From NCBI RefSeq assembly GCF_009914755.1, contig NC_060938.1: a stretch of 64,000 nt of DNA; one strand, written 5' to 3'. The position numbers and the translations under genes are program-made. The stretch is from the human T2T-CHM13v2.0 reference genome, Homo sapiens. A model generated the notes under the pieces. It was not told the DNA's origin and searched no databases. It saw only the letters and a program-made list of their open reading frames with translations. Below are positions 11,481 through 26,619 of the stretch, piece after piece. Numbering within the stretch: position 1 is the stretch's first letter; each line of letters begins with the position of its first letter.

Positions 11481-13867
11481 CTCTTGCCCTTTATGTTATC
11501 CTCATTGCTGCTGGCCCCTGCCCATGTCAGCCGGGGCTATACACGCGGCCTCCTGACTGGAGAAAGTATGTCGAGTGTGCAGGCTCATCTCATCCACTTC
11601 AGAGGAGTGATGCTGAAGGGAAGGGTCACTGAACTCTTTTCAATGGATTCCCCCACTACATTAGAGAACCCTGAAGAACTTATGACCTGGGAGATCTACT
11701 GAACTATTGCTCCTGACTATCCTCTGTGCCATTGGACACGTGCCTTATCTAAGAGTCTCTCAGTGTTCCTTTAATATACCCTGGAGCAAAAGGCGCTGCT
11801 TTCAGACCCTCCAGATTGATCTAAGATTTTAATCACTACCCCCTACCCCTTATCAAAGTAGGAGGGGGCACTGGGCCTTTCTCAACGACCCAGGCAGTAT
11901 CTAAGCTCCAGTCACATCCTCCTCTAATTCTGTTGCCCTCTCTGACCAGGAAATGGCATTTATCTCATCAGGCATTCCTCCCACTCTAGGGGTTAAGGTC
12001 CAAATTCTATGCTCTGAATCTCCCAGGCTTCAGGCCTTACTATTTAAAGGCAAGCTTCTGGAATTCATGAAATCTAATTTTCTGACCTGAGTTTCTGGTT
12101 CCTTCAATTGAAAGCTGTAGCTTTTAAGACTTTTATCTCTGCTATAGATATACAAAAGTATGCACAAGAGCTCAAAAGCCTAGAATTTACTCTTTTCTTT
12201 CTGTATCATCTCAGCCCTGCATAGCAGAGCAATATAGATAACTTTCACTGCTGTTTCGATGATAAGAAGTGAAGAGTTAGAAGGAATTGGAAAAATACAC
12301 AGCTTAATATCAAAGTATTACACTGCTACACGTGACTTATTTACTTCCTAAAGAGGGGATGCTGAACATAATTGTGCATTTTCTGAATAATGTATGCTGC
12401 TTATTGGCCTGGGTTGTAAGCAAATGCCTTTTAGTTTTACTGTTTCTGCCTTTCCCATCAGGCTATCAACTATCACTGCTATTTTGAAGGCTACCTCCAG
12501 ATCTGCCTCTTTTCTAGTTTCTAGTTTCTTGCCTGTTATGAGCTGGATAACCATATAACCGAGCTTGTTAAAATTGAGTATTAAAGGAAAGTCAATAAGA
12601 AGTCCTGGCCCGAGAAGTTAAGTGCATGCCTTTGTAACCGCTATGTCAGCCTAAGAGGCTGTTTTTTTTTCTTACTTCTAAGTTTGGGCTGAGTTTTCAA
12701 GGGTAGAGGTTGTCAGAAATTCCACCTCTGAATAAGTGGATCATTACTATCATTTAAGGCATAGTTGGTATCATTCTCCTTCATAAAATTGACACAATAA
12801 ATGCCTTGAAATTGATACCATGAGCATCATGTTTGAACTTAAAATGGGAGTCAAAGCCCCATTTTCCAATATATCTAGGTTATTTTCAGATATCTACAAA
12901 AAAGCAAGCATGCCATTAGAAAGCAATGGGTTTTTCTTTCTCTCTGCTTTCATTGACAAAAGTATATTTTCATTTCTCTTTCCCATGAGAACACTGACTT
13001 CAGTTATTCAGAGTTCAGATTTTTGACCCAGCTGCCACTGCAAAGGTTTCAACTGAACATCTTCAATTGTGAGAGATCAGTACACAAATTGGGCTATAAA
13101 ACCATGGCATTTCCTTATAATTGCTTGAGAATGTCTCAGATTAGGAACAAAGTCAAAGATAAAAATATAAGGCACTCAGATCAATCTTTAGGAAATTCTT
13201 AATCATCTAAATAAATATATTATGCAGCAATTCTTTCATTCAGCATGTTGACACCTTGAGGGGAATAATATCCTAACTTCAAAGCTGAGGGCTTTTAGCT
13301 TTAGGGCTGCTCATTTTTCTCAAGTATCAATAGCAAAGATGCTCCAGGTGAATAGATACCAAGGATCAGCCATACAAAGCCAATATATTAGGGGTATATT
13401 AGGAGTATATTAGGAGGTTCACTCTTCCTAGTTACTAAAACTGAAGACATTCAGCATTAACTCACTGGAACTAGAGCCTTTTGTCTAGTCGATTTTTTAT
13501 TTGTTTTGTTTCTCTTTTTCTCCACCTCACACTTGGCTAATAGGAAGAATGCAATAGCAGGCGAGATATTCAAACTTACTCATGTTCTACAAATAAACAC
13601 CTCATTAGCTTCAATCTTTTTACACTGCTGGAAAACGCAGCATCCATATTTTGCTACCTGCTCCTAGGAGTAGCTCCATGGTTAATCTCCTGTACCTCTT
13701 GGTTTAATAGGATTTTTCCTCTTGCCTTTGCTTGTGTTGCACACTCTTAAAACAACTCTTCATACCGAGTGAATACAAAATAAACAATTGATGAATTCAT
13801 TCATTTCTTTAGGAAATATATATTTGCACACTAAGTGTTATATCAACAAATTAATACAGTTTCTGCC

Positions 13868-13990
13868 TATATTAGTAATCCATTGCTGCATGAAAATATT
13901 ACCACAAACTTAGCAGCTGTTTTTGGCAGCTTAAAACAACACACATTTATTATCTCACAGCTTCTGTAGGTGAAGAGTCTGAGCACTGCC
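13868..13990 (-). mobile_element. MLT1 LTR fragment
   Basis: 'ccacaaacttagcagc...ttaaaacaacacacatttattatctcacagcttctgtagg'. Confidence 0.8.
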
Positions 13991-14474
13991 CTCGTAGGCA
14001 TTATAATCTAGTGAAGGATACAGTTAAATAAATTATCAGGTACATCATGTTGTAATGAGCAGGGCCTACCCCTTAGACCCAAGCAGAAGAGAGGATGCTA
14101 TGAATGGGCATGAATGTGTGGGCTGCAGTGTTCATATGCATGCCTAGGAGGCTCCTTGAGGTGCGGCATATAGCTGGAGATGGCAAAAGGAGTGGGACAG
14201 GAGTAAAGATAGCTCTTTCCCTGTGCCATCAAGTTCTGCCTGAAAACTTGGGACGTCTGAGAATTCTACATTTGAATCAGGCTTTCCAGGTTATCATGAA
14301 TGTGCATTTGTCAGCTAAGAATAGGATGTGTGGGCCACTGTCTATTCTTGCACCAGGCTCTTCAGATTTCAGGGGTAGACCTGATGCTAATACCATGATA
14401 TAGGTAATTCTTGGGAAAGAGTTCAGATGAGAGCTACATAACCTCAGATTAGGAATTATTCTAGAGGTGGAGTG

Positions 14475-14970
14475 GGAGTATTGGGGGACACACCAGCCAT
14501 GAGAATGAGCCTCTCAGATTCTGGGGGCAGGGAGTATAATTGAGCAACGTCCTCAGCTACTGTGCTGTGAAATCCACCACCATGTTTGCACCAAGGCCGC
14601 TGCTCTCAGCCAGTGACTGGGTTGCTCTCACATCAGGGATTGTGTGGGTTGCTCCCAGCCAGAGATTGAGTGTGGCAGGGATATTAAAGGAGACCCATTC
14701 CCAGGAGATGTAGGATTCCTCCAAAGGTTGACTTTGCCTTAACGACTCCCCAGTGGCCTTCTAAACTCTTCATAGAACTGCTCGACAGTCCCATACACTT
14801 CCCTCCAGTCCTTCTTCCTTCCTTCCCCTCTCTTTCATTCAAGGTCAGCCTCCCAGAGCTGTCTGGCGGCTTTCTTAATCTCAACCAGCTTCCTCCCTAT
14901 TTTCCCTCACTGGTCTTTTTTCTCTAAATTCATTGCATGTTTAGTCCTATTTTGTATAATGCCTTCTACC
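14475..14970 (+). mobile_element. ERVL LTR16-like solo LTR
   Basis: 'cccagccagagattgagtgtggcaggg...ggcccattcccagg'-like and 'ccttccttcccctctctttcattcaaggtcag' motifs. Confidence 0.65.
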
Positions 14971-15194
14971 AATAAGTTTCTTCCAATAAGATTATTCTAG
15001 GAAGCCTTCCTTGTTCCCCTGTGTTAATCCAGGTCCTCTGACAAGTCTGTGCTCAATAACTCTGCAGGACAAGCAATGGCAAGCCAGATTGTAGTGGCCC
15101 CTCAAATCACATGCAGTCGTCATCTCAGCAACACATCACAGAGTCAGAAGAAAATTTCCCATCCTCTAGGGGAGGTGACATTGCCTAGGATGAC

Positions 15195-15400
15195 TGCAGG
15201 GGTTCAAACCCTGGCTCCTCACATATAAGCTGTGTAAATTGGGCAGATTATTCCATGGGTGTGCCTTAGTTTCTCTAATTGTAAAAGGATGAAAATTGTA
15301 GTGCCTATCTCATAAGATTATAGGGAGAATTAAAGGAGTTTATTCCTGTAAACCTTTAAGAACAGCACTTGGCTCCATAGGAGTCATTCAAATACAAGGT
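15195..15400 (+). mobile_element. MIR
   Basis: 'gggttcaaaccctggctc...agctgtgt...gtgccttagtttctctaattgtaaaa'. Confidence 0.8.
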
Positions 15401-16444
15401 ATAAAATAAGGAAAAAACAAAGCTTTAAGAACTGTAAATCTTCTTAACAATCTTGAAAATCTTGGCACCTAAAACAAAGCTACATTTGCTTTTAATTTTC
15501 TACAGAGAAGCTTCCCAGAAATGGGAACAAATGACTGCCTTTTTTCACATAACACATTATACAATAGGATTTGTAAAAAGCAATGTATATTTCAGGGGGA
15601 CCATGAATCTGTGTTTACATTTGAAGATGTGACTAAAATATTGCCACATTTATAAAAGTTATCATAATCTTATCTTTTAGAATGTTTATGGTAGAAAAAT
15701 TGTCCTGTGTCACAGGTATCTGCAGACCCCTCGTTAAATGTCAAAAATCTCCAGAAATCATATTATTGTAAAGTAGAATGGATGGCGCCAGATATGCTTG
15801 CTTACTTAAGCACTTGTTTAATTTACTTCAATAACTTTTTAAAATATTGAGATAAAAATTGGTATTTTAGTGTAAGTCTGTGTGTCAGGGAATTTAGACA
15901 ATTTAGAGCTGCTATATCATTCTGCTAAAGGTTGAATTTCACCAAACATAAAAAAAAAATTATCACAGCCCAGTAAACTTTAATGTTCAAAACCAGGTCT
16001 TTTTAACTCCTAAAATACTGAATTTTGCCTCTTGAAATACAGCATTCAGAGCTGTGTTTTTCTAAAACATATTTTCTGATGGAAGTACATAGCAAGCACT
16101 ATAGGCCCAGATGAAATGTATACGTGTGCTGAGTCACCTCCTTGATGGGAAAACCTCACTTAGAAGTTTTTAAAGTTTGCTGTAGATAAGCATCTAAAAT
16201 TTAACCACTTTCAAAGTCGTCAATCCCTCTTGCATTTACAAAGTGAGCCAGAACCATGCAGAGTGCAAACGTTCTTTAAAATGACTCTAACAATTTTTGT
16301 TAACATTTTTATGCTATAAACACTTATGCTTATGATTATTACTTATAATAATTATATTGTGGATTTAAGATTGCCATAGGGAATCACTATCAAAAGGAAA
16401 ATATTATTAAAAATCTTTTTGTAGTGATTTTTATTGTATGATAA

Positions 16445-16640
16445 TGTAATGTAGCGTTTTGAAAACTGAGACTCCTAGTTTTAAAACATGGGCCACCCCT
16501 TATTAGCTTGTGTAACCTTGAATAAATTACCTAATATCTCTGAGCCTCAACTTCTTCATCTGCCAAAATGGAACATTGTCACAAGAATTACATAAAATAT
16601 AGCATGGAAAACTTTTGGAAGAATACCTGACTCAGGGAGA
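16445..16640 (+). mobile_element. MIR
   Basis: 'tgtaaccttgaataaattacctaatatctctgagcctcaacttcttcatctgccaaaatgg'. Confidence 0.8.
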
Positions 16641-19600
16641 CAATCATCAGATACAGTTCCCTTCTGCTTGCCTTCAGAAAAACAAACCTGAAATGGGAAG
16701 ATTGTGATGGGGTAATATGTTTCATCCATGTATACTAATAAAGGGACATTTTCTAGTCTTAAAAGTATCTGTTTGTGATATCAGTTTTCTTGCCTTCATG
16801 GATAGTCATTCCTTTTCTCATATGACTGAAACCTAAGAAAAACACTCCTGTGATAAGTCTTCTAATAAAACTCCATCTACTAAAATTGTCTTCTAGCAGG
16901 ATCAAACTATAAGTTAATCTACTTGGAATAGTCCCAGATATAAGAAACCTACCCAATGTTAGAAACCCTCTGGTTTTTTTTGTGATCCAAATGGATAGAT
17001 AAATATGTAAAATAATAAATTAAGTGCAAAATTGTCACAAAGAACAGTTTTAGGCTCCAATCGTCATATTTTGAGGATCATGAGAAGTTTTCATCACCGT
17101 ACTCGTTCCCTTGTGGTTTACCTCCAGACCAAATTGATTCCAAAGCTGGATATCTGGCCAAATCTATGGAGGTCATGTCTAAGGCTCCTGAGGATTCTCA
17201 ATCTCTCTAAAATGCACTCCCTTGTCCCCTGCCAGAAATATCCCTGTATTTCCATGCAGTGTGGAATCTATCTTGCCTAACAGAAGACCCTGAACCACCT
17301 TCCAGAAAAACTCATTTTGAAATTGGAGCTGAACCAAGAATTAACCAAGTCCTAATCATTTGGAGCTCAAAAGAAGCTCCTTGAAGGGGTGCTCAGATAG
17401 GCCAATACTTCTCACTTAGCTTTCAGAGGCTTTTTAACTAACAGATGACAACTTAGGAATAGAAGCACGTTCTTGATAATTATACTGACATAGACTGGAA
17501 GTCTAATCATTAGGCTAACTTTTATAATAAAGCTAGTTCAGAGATATATGGGAACATAAAAGCAAGTAGGACAAACTCCAGGGGTAGGGATGGAAAACAA
17601 GAAGGCTTCCCAGAGAGATGACATTTCAGATAGCTATCAAAAAATGAATATATGGTCACCACATTCAAAAGGATGATTAGAAGGTGTATTCCAGGTAAAA
17701 GAAACAACTTAGGGAAAAACACGGAAATATGAAAGAAAAAAGCACCCTGGGGGACTCTATAGTACACAGATATCCTGCTTTGTGATGTTCTCCTGAGTGC
17801 TAATTTCTTATAAAACTATTTGTCCCTGCATATTCCTCATTAAAATGGATAAAAGATATCACATGCGTGCTTATATATCTACATGCTGTTGTTACATGTG
17901 TTTTTTACATTCTCAGAGCACTCTCCAACATTTTTTCCAATGGGTGCTCCCACCAAACTGCTTTCCACCCTCAGTCAATGAGAGTTAGCATACCATCATG
18001 CAACAGCTCTCAGCCAATGAGCTTTTATCAACCAATCCTGGGCTGAGTGCATTCTGCAAAATAAATTTATCTTTCTGTGGCCTCTCTCTGAAATTAGTGT
18101 TGTATGCTTACAAACAGCTTTGATACATCATGACTGCCAAGAGATGATGTTGCTGGACCTGCAGCTAAGAAACAAATGAAGAAGATGGCACGGATATTAA
18201 AATGCCAGATACTGCTGCCCTGTATTTTAAAGGAAATCGTCAAAGAAATAGGATAGGAACCACAAAGTCAAATGAAGCACTTAGTAAAGATCACTGGAAC
18301 CTGAAACAATTGAGTAACCAACAGTAAAAATGTTAAGGGAATTATAGACAGAGGTATGGCATGGAAGTCAGGGGACTTAAAGAAAGTGTGAAAATAAAGA
18401 GCAGCTGCCAGTGTGTGATGCTGGAAAGGAATTTTGGCTCTGATTTACAATGCACAAACTTAACTCTAAACCAGGTGGGCTTCTGGCTCGTTGTGACTGG
18501 AGGCTAGAGTATGCTGGGAGATGCCACAGGAAGGAAATTAGGAAGGTAAACTAAGGCCTGATTTACCTTAAAAGAGTTCATGTTCCAACTATAAAGCTTA
18601 AACTTATTCTCTAGGGAAAGCAATAGAAAAAAAAAATTTCAAATGATGAAATTACAGAAAAAAAATTTGTGTTTCAGAAATTAATGATGGAGTAACACCT
18701 CTTTTTAGTAGCATAAAATGGCATTATCTATGAAATAAACCAGGAGATTAACACTGTTATAAAATAATAGATTGAGAAAGAATATACAAAACAATATAAA
18801 TATAAGGAAGAACTCCAAACTCCAGAGTTGTAAATTCCAGTGAAAATACAGCAGGTAAAAGCAAGGTTTCCTGGTCTGGTACCAGCTGCCACCTGACCCA
18901 TCCACTCTTAGTACGTCTTCCTATCTATGTTTATTCTCCCTTTTCTTCTATCTTATTCTACCTCTACTCTGAAAATACAGATGGACCTCAGCAGATGCAA
19001 CAAGAGACACTTAAAATGTCAGGTCACAGGGAAAGGTTACTCAGCAGGGACATATCCTACTCCAACATGCCCTACCTAGCTTGACAGAAGAGTTGAAAAG
19101 GTTGCCAACGCCTGTTAGACAATCTTACAGGAATGAAGGCACTTTTATCTCTTTTAGCCAAAGGATCACAAGAAACTGAAGGTCAGGTTTTTAATAGAAG
19201 ATGAAGGTCCACTTCATTATGAGTTTCAAACACAGAAGATCATAGTACCACAACAGCAACGTGAGAATCTCAGAACAAAGTAAACTGCCATATTTCCCAT
19301 AGGGAGTTTCCCAAGCATAATTGTTAGTTTCATAGTCCTTGAGGTTTTGAGATGCTTACTAATATTTTCATGGGGGCACCTTTCTTTGAAATTACAACCC
19401 CTAGTCCTTTATCACTTAAGGACAGGAGTGCTTAACTATTATGTAGTCAAAACAGTGGCATTCAGAAATATCCTGTTAGTCTTACAGATAAAATCAGTTG
19501 AACTTTAGACAGTAATAGAGATTAGCCATCATGATTATGGCACTGTGCTATAAAGATGACACAGCTTATGAGATTTTGTTACAGTAAACACCCTCAAAAA

Positions 19601-21549
19601 GGACTTCATGTCATCCATTTTCAACATCCTTGCAGGAAGTATGACTTCAGTGGTACTCTGATTGTGAATGCCATACTAATGACACCAGCAAGAGCACCCA
19701 CTCAGAATAGCTGGTGAATTTATCAGGTTTACCCATCTATAAGCCTTTAGGATCCACTGTCATTAGTCTGAATAATGGCTCCAGTGTCTATAAATGAAAA
19801 CAGTCCTCTACATGAATAATCACTTCAGAGAACAGGAAAATGTTGTGGGGGAGGAGAATCAAAGATTACATTTCATTGTGGGAGTTACTCAGAATCTTCT
19901 ACTCATTTCTTTAACTAGCAAATGTTCAGGAGAAAAAGCTTGTCTGTGCTGCAAGAACTGGGGGAAAGTTGTCAAATAGGATTTATAACTGGAAAATGAA
20001 AAGATTTTCTAAGCAATGTTTAAGAATTGAGAATCATAATATATATTTTGCACTTCACTACTTTAAAATTAATGGTTCCAGAAATCAAAAGGACAAAAAT
20101 AATTAGAAAATTAATTGAGAGACTAAATTTAAAGAACTAAAGATGTCCACACAAATGCTTACATTCTTAAGTAGATTTGAGAAACTCCAAAGCATAACTA
20201 GCATAAAGAAGCTGAGTATGGGAGGAATCATTTGGAGTAAACTGTAGTATATTTCATAGCAAATAGATCCATTTGTCTTGCGGGTCCTTATTATGAGTCT
20301 GTAAACCAAAGTGCCAGCTATCACATGGAAATTAACCAAACATTATAAATAGCATTTGTCTTATAATAGAGTCTTCTAAGCTACATTAATACAAAATAAT
20401 TTCTGTATAGATACTGATTAGCAACCAGCACTAAATTATTTTTTATATGTGCCTCATGAAGGTTGACATGCAAAAGTCTTCTGAAAACACCTCACTGTAG
20501 ATTGGTTTGTTTAATAAATTCAGTGAATTTAGAATCATATATAAAGAACTCATAGTGATGACAGTTACAGATCAGAAAGTGTCCCTACAATAAGAAAACC
20601 ACTGGAACACATTGTTCACAATAAGAATGAATGAATGTCAAGGCCTTCCCAAACTAATCAAATCAATTGGCTTCCTACTTTTTTGTGCTGTTTTCATTTG
20701 TGAGATAGTAGGCCAGGTAAATCTTGAAATCTAAAGTATTCTGTTTGTAAGCATCATCCACACTAGAAGAGACAAACTTTTCTGTACACTGTCAGGATAC
20801 ATTCTTTTCTTAGAGCAAATACATACTTCTTCATAAGTGTTTTATGCTACTTCAAGTAAGACATGTCCTTCGTGTTCCTTGGTACTATAAACATACCTGC
20901 AAAAACAGTGAATGAATTATCTTTTTAAAAAATATTGAATGCTCCAGTATTTTTTCTATTTATTCTTTCAAATAATTCAGGTTAAAAATCCACCTTTTTT
21001 TTTAATCTGCCTTATATTGTGCTGCAATTCTTAGCTTTAGAGACTGCATATTGGTACCAACTTTATGAAAGTATAAGTTTATATCTCACTCTTAGCAGTT
21101 TAGACTTGATACAATTTTATATAAGAGTTTAAAACTTAAAGGCTTATAGTTAAAATAACCTGTGGCACATAAGGCAAATACTGAGCCCCATACAGAGTGT
21201 TTTATGTTAATATTATGAAAAAAGTCAAGAGAACAAGATGATATAGTTCTGCTAGAATACTTGAAATCTGATGCCCCTGTCCAAGGCTGTGTCTACACAT
21301 GAATTTAGAGATTGAATGAAAATGGCAAAATTCAGAAAAGCTACTAATTTTTAGTTAATTAACCCAATGGGTTTACCAAATAATTTGTAAATTTAACTAT
21401 ATAGAGAGTAATATATTTTCAAATTCATCTTAAAACACTAGAAAGGCATCTAATTTATATTTATGCCTTTTATTTATGGCATATATTAGAGTAAGAAAAA
21501 ATATTTTATAAGATAAAATTTTAAAATTAATGATTCATATTTCTGCACT

Positions 21550-24060
21550 CAGCCACAATGAAATAATTGGTAGCAAACTTGTCCTCCTAACAGCTAGTGC
21601 AATTAGAGCAGAACTACCCTCTCAACAACTAAAAAATTGGATTGGAAAACAGACAGTAAAGGACTATGTTTCCTGAAAGAATAAAAATAAAAAAGATGAG
21701 CCCAACAATCAGCATGTTTTTTTGTTGTTTTTTTTTCCCCTAGATTCACTTATTGAGCTGCAGTGTAAGAAGCAGGAGTCTAAGCACAGTATAGCAGCTT
21801 TGCTGAACAGAGGAAATAGAGATAAGAGTTCAGGAATGCTGTGGTGACTGGAATTGGATCTATTTCAGACTTTGGTCAAATATACAGCTACATGAGAGTA
21901 AAGTTCCATGAGGCTTAGCAAAAGACAGTTACCAGGGAAATAACATCATTATGGAGACATAAGATGTAAGTTCCTAGAATTCAAACAGGATTAATATGTA
22001 TCTGATTTCAAGAAGCCAGAGCAGTGAGATCTCAGTAAGGATTCAGGTCATCCAGTAGAAATCCCAGAAGAATCACACTTTACTAGTAGGGCTTAACTAC
22101 CACTACAGTACAGGCTACTTTGGAGTCTTTCATTAAAAACCTTAAAAAGAAGTCTTGAAAGGATAAAACTGAGCTGCAAATAATTTAACTGCTAGACAAA
22201 ATAAAATGCACAACTGACAGGAAGACAAAAAATTTAGATAATCAGCAATAGAATGTGGAAAGTGCCCAGCATTTAATCAATAATTATTAGACACGCAACA
22301 AAAGAGAGAAATAAATAATAAAGAAACAATAATACATAATAAATTTAGTTATCATTAAAATAAATATTGTAAATTATCTATTACAAATGTTTTCCAGGAT
22401 TTAGGCTAAAACATGACCATAATAAGAAAAAATTGAATATATAAAAAATAGCTAAATAGAACATGTAGAAAAGTTAAACTCAATATCTGAATTAAAAATT
22501 TTACCAAATGGGCCCAATAGAACATTGGATATTATAAAATAAAAGATTAATGAATAGTGAACCTGAAGACATAGCAATAAACTATCTAAACTAAAGCAAG
22601 GAAGGGGAAAAAAAGCTAAAAAAAAAAAAGTACAGAGTCTCAGTAACATGTAGCGAAAGATCAAACATCTAAAATGTGATAATTGGAGTCTAAGAAGGAA
22701 GGGAATAGGAAATGGGCAAAAATATATATATTTGAAGAAATAACAGCAGAAATGTTCTAAATTTGCTAAAAACTGTAAAACGAGATCACAGAAAATTGAT
22801 GAACCTCAAGCATCATAAAATATACAAACAAAACAACATCAAAGCATGTCAAAATAAAATTGCTGAAATGAATATGAAAAAATCTTTAAAAGAGCCAGAA
22901 ATAAAAGACACATTACAAACAGGGAAGCAAAAATGAGAATTACTACAGACTTCTCATCAAAGACAATCCAAGCCAAAAGACTAAGAAACAACATCTTTAA
23001 GGTGTTCAAAGAAAAATACATAAACCTAGTGTTCCAAAACCAGTGAAAATATGCTTCCAAAATAAATGCAAAACAAAGGCATTTTTAGTCAAACAGTGAC
23101 TGATTCATCTTGTTACCAGCAGATAGGCTCTCAAAAAAAATTTAAAGAAAGTTCTTCAGGCTGAAGGAGCATCATAGATGGAAATGCAAGTCTATACAAA
23201 GAAGGAGAAGAAGTGAAGAGTTACAGAAATGTTAAATATGTGGATAAATATTAAATAAAATATTCTTTCTTTTCTTTAAATGTAATTGACTGTTTAAGGC
23301 AAAAATATTAACAACGCAGGCAGCAGAATAATGGTCCTTCAAAGTTGTCCACATCTTAATTTCCATAACCTGTGAATACATTACACTGTACAACAAAAAG
23401 GACTTGGCAGATGTGATTAAGGTTACAAGTCTTGAGATGGAGAGATTATCCTGGATTATCTGGGTGGGTCCAATATGATCACATGAGTCTTCAAAAGCAG
23501 AGAACCTCTCCCAGCTGTGGTTAGAGAGAAATATACAAAGATGGAAGAAGAGTCAGAGAGATTTGACATGAGGACTGGACATGCCATGCGTTGGGAGCCA
23601 AGGAATGCAGCATACTCTAGATGCTTGGAATGACCTTCAGTTTACAGCCAACAAGAGAGTAGAGACTAATTCAACAATCTTAAGGAACTGAATGTCAACA
23701 ACCAAAATGCATAGGAAACAGACTGCCCCCAGAGTCTCTAGAAAGGAATGCAGCCCACTGACACCTTGATTTTAGCCCACTGAGCCCCATACCAGACTTC
23801 TCATCTAAACCATAAGACAACAAATTTATATTGTGCAAGCCACTAAGATTATGATAGTTTGTTATGGCAGTAATAGAAAACTACTATAAATATATTATGG
23901 GGTTGATGACATATATAGATGCAAAATGTATGACAAGTATAGATAGCAGAAAAAAAAAACAGAAGAAATGTAAAATTTACATCACACATTGAGTAATATA
24001 ACATAATTTGAAGGTTGAGAGTAATAAGTTTAAAGGTGCATGTTACAAATGCTAGATAGA
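21550..24060 (+). mobile_element. Old L1M 5'/ORF1 region, interrupted by an MLT1 LTR
   Basis: A-rich ORF1-like text 'agaattactacagacttctcatcaaagacaatccaagccaaaagac', 'aaagaaagttcttcaggctgaagg'; resumes after 23888. Confidence 0.75.
23316..23888 (+). mobile_element. MLT1 (MLT1D/E-like) solo LTR nested in L1
   Basis: 'gcagatgtgattaaggtt...gagattatcctggattatctgggtgggtccaat', 'acaccttgattttagccc', 'gttatggcagtaatagaaaacta'. Confidence 0.9.
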
Positions 24061-24109
24061 TTCATAGAAAAGACATATTCCTTGACTCATTGTGTATCAA
24101 ATTTGGTGG

Positions 24110-25060
24110 TCTATGATAAGTAAAAGTTTTCATTTGCATTTTCTTTTGCATGATATTAAAGAGCTATTCATGTGTTTGAGAGTTATTTGTATTGTCTTTC
24201 CGGTGTGAAGCTATTTTTCAATTGGTTTGCTGGCCCCCTCTTACTGGTTTGTAAGAGTATTTTATATATTAAGGAAATTAACCCTTCCTTATAATATGAA
24301 TTATAAATATTTTCCCAGGTGTTTTTCTTTTTGAAGAAGGTGTTTTTCAGTCATAGTTAAAAAAGACTTTCCTGCTTGCAGATTATAAATTTGTTTTCAT
24401 TATTTCCTCAATTTTTGTCATGGCTTTTTAAAAAATATTGCTCTTTGATAATTTTAAAGTTTTCTGAATTTAGGAGAAGATTCCATTTTTTTCAAGATGT
24501 CTAGCCATTCTCCCAAGCCACTTATTAAATCCATCTTTTTACAACTTATATTAGATGTCTTTTTGTCATAAACTAAATTCCTATGAGCATTTATATGTAT
24601 TTCTGGATTTTCTATTACATTTCTTGTCTGTCTATTCAAGCAGTAATATCACTCTGTTTTTAATGACTGTAGATGTAACATGTGCTTTAATGTGTAACAC
24701 CACCTAGCACATGCCCCCCAAACACACATACACACACTCATATTTCTAGCTATTTTTGCTTGTTTCATGTAAACTGTAGAAATCAGTTTTTCTGGTATAT
24801 AAAAATACCATTACCATATTCATTAAAATCCCATTAAATACATAAATTAGTTTATCAATGGGGAGCTGTCAATTTATGACATAAAAATACTTTCTTCATA
24901 CTATTAGTCTCTATATCTTGGATTCTTTTCGTGTTTTCCTCACAGTGATTTAGAAATAATTCATAGAGATCATGTTTATTTCTTGTTATACTTGTTGTAA
25001 GGTTTTTTTTTCTATTATGTATGGGGTCTTTTGTTATGAATTAATATCTCCAACTGGATA
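24110..25060 (-). mobile_element. L1ME-type ORF2 fragment
   Basis: Reverse-strand L1 ORF2 remnants; ORF 24454..24639 (IENPEIH...NLVYDK) resembles L1 ORF2p. Confidence 0.7.
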
Positions 25061-25067
25061 TTATGAG

Positions 25068-25070
<3 letters not shown>

Positions 25071-25115
<45 letters not shown>
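25071..25115. repeat. (CA)n microsatellite, ~22 units
   Basis: Uninterrupted CA run. Confidence 0.98.
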
Positions 25116-25117
<2 letters not shown>

Positions 25118-25632
25118 CATTTCGGGGGTGGAGTTGGGGGACTAATATACAAAACGACCAGCAAAGGAAATAACTTATTGGCACCTACTCTGTATCAGGC
25201 ACTGTGGTAAATGCTGACCCATATATTACTTTATGTAACATCATTTATTTATCTACTTGCCAAAAGACAAATGACTAACAGGAAAAAGTTGTACAACTAT
25301 TAGCACAAAGAGTTAAGTTTCCTAAAATATTTAATAATAAATATATATAGAGAGAGAGGGAGAGCTAAATGCCAGGCGTTGGATAAATTACAATCAACAC
25401 ACTTTGCAATGCATTTTTAAACTCAATAGAAAGTACAGAAAATCTCTAAGAGCCAAATAAAAGTAAGGCTAAACTACAGTCATGAACTTAGAACTCTGCT
25501 GACTCTGTGACAGAAAGCCAGTATCTGAAACCTCTGGTTTGGAGAATTAACAACTACTCTGGGGAACAAAGATTAGTCTTTGGCATCAACAAAGTGAGTT
25601 GTAGCCTGAAACTAGTACATAAAAAAGCCAGC

Positions 25633-25930
25633 GGCCGGGCGTGGTGCCTCACACCTGTAATCCTAGCACTTTAGGAGGCCGAGGTGGGCGGATCACGAGG
25701 TCAGGAGATCGAGACCATCCTGGCTAACATGGTGAAACCCTGTCTCTACTAAAAATACAAAAAATTAGCCGGGCGTGGTGGCGGGCGCCTGTAGTCACAG
25801 CTACTCGGGAGGCTGAGGCAGGAGAATGGCGTGAACAGGGAGGCGGAGCTTGCAGTGAGCCGAGATCGCGCCACTGCACTCCAGCCTGGGCGACAGAGTG
25901 AGACTCTGTCTCAAAAAAAAAAAAAAAAAA
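25633..25930 (+). mobile_element. AluY, full length
   Basis: Dimeric Alu with AluY diagnostics 'gagatcgagaccatcctggctaac', 'gagaatggcgtgaac', 'gagcttgcagtgagccgagatcgcgcc'; A18 tail; degenerate TSD aaaaaagcc. Confidence 0.97.
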
Positions 25931-26619
25931 GCCTGGGCACTCACCTGGGCTTTCCTCTCAGTTAAATGTTAGTGGTAAAAATTTCACTTGCCCACCAAGA
26001 AAACTACAATAAATTTAAAAAAACAAAAAACTATTTCTGCCACTATTCATGAGGAAGGTATGTGTGAGGAGGCAGTGCTTGAGAATGAAGTTCCTTCCTG
26101 TGTGTTTTTCATAGATACTGTTCATTAGATTTATGCACAGTTTGGTAAAAGATTTTATCATAAATGATATTGAATCTTCTTGAAAGCTTTTGCTACCTCT
26201 ATGTCTCCTTTAATCTATTTATAGATTTAATTAATTACCCTTGAATTCTCAGAATAAGCCCAACCTGATCATTTGAAAATTGAATTGCCAAATGTTTAAT
26301 ATAGAAATTTTACATTTAAATTAATAGAGTTTCTCTAATAAATTGCCTTTTTATATTGTCCAGGTATTGTCATGGGAAAAAAATCACTTTTACATATTTT
26401 TATTTTAACAGGATAAATTTACTAAAGTTATTAATTTGTTAATCTACCTTTATATCCAGAAAGAGAAGAGACAAACAACAGAGTCCTTAACATATGTGTA
26501 AAGAAAGGAGTCAAGATATCTCAGATTAGATGTCACCTTTCATGAGAAACAATGGTTTACAAGGATTTGCGGTTAAAGGTTATGTTCTCCAAAAGATAAC
26601 AATATATCTTTAAAAACAT

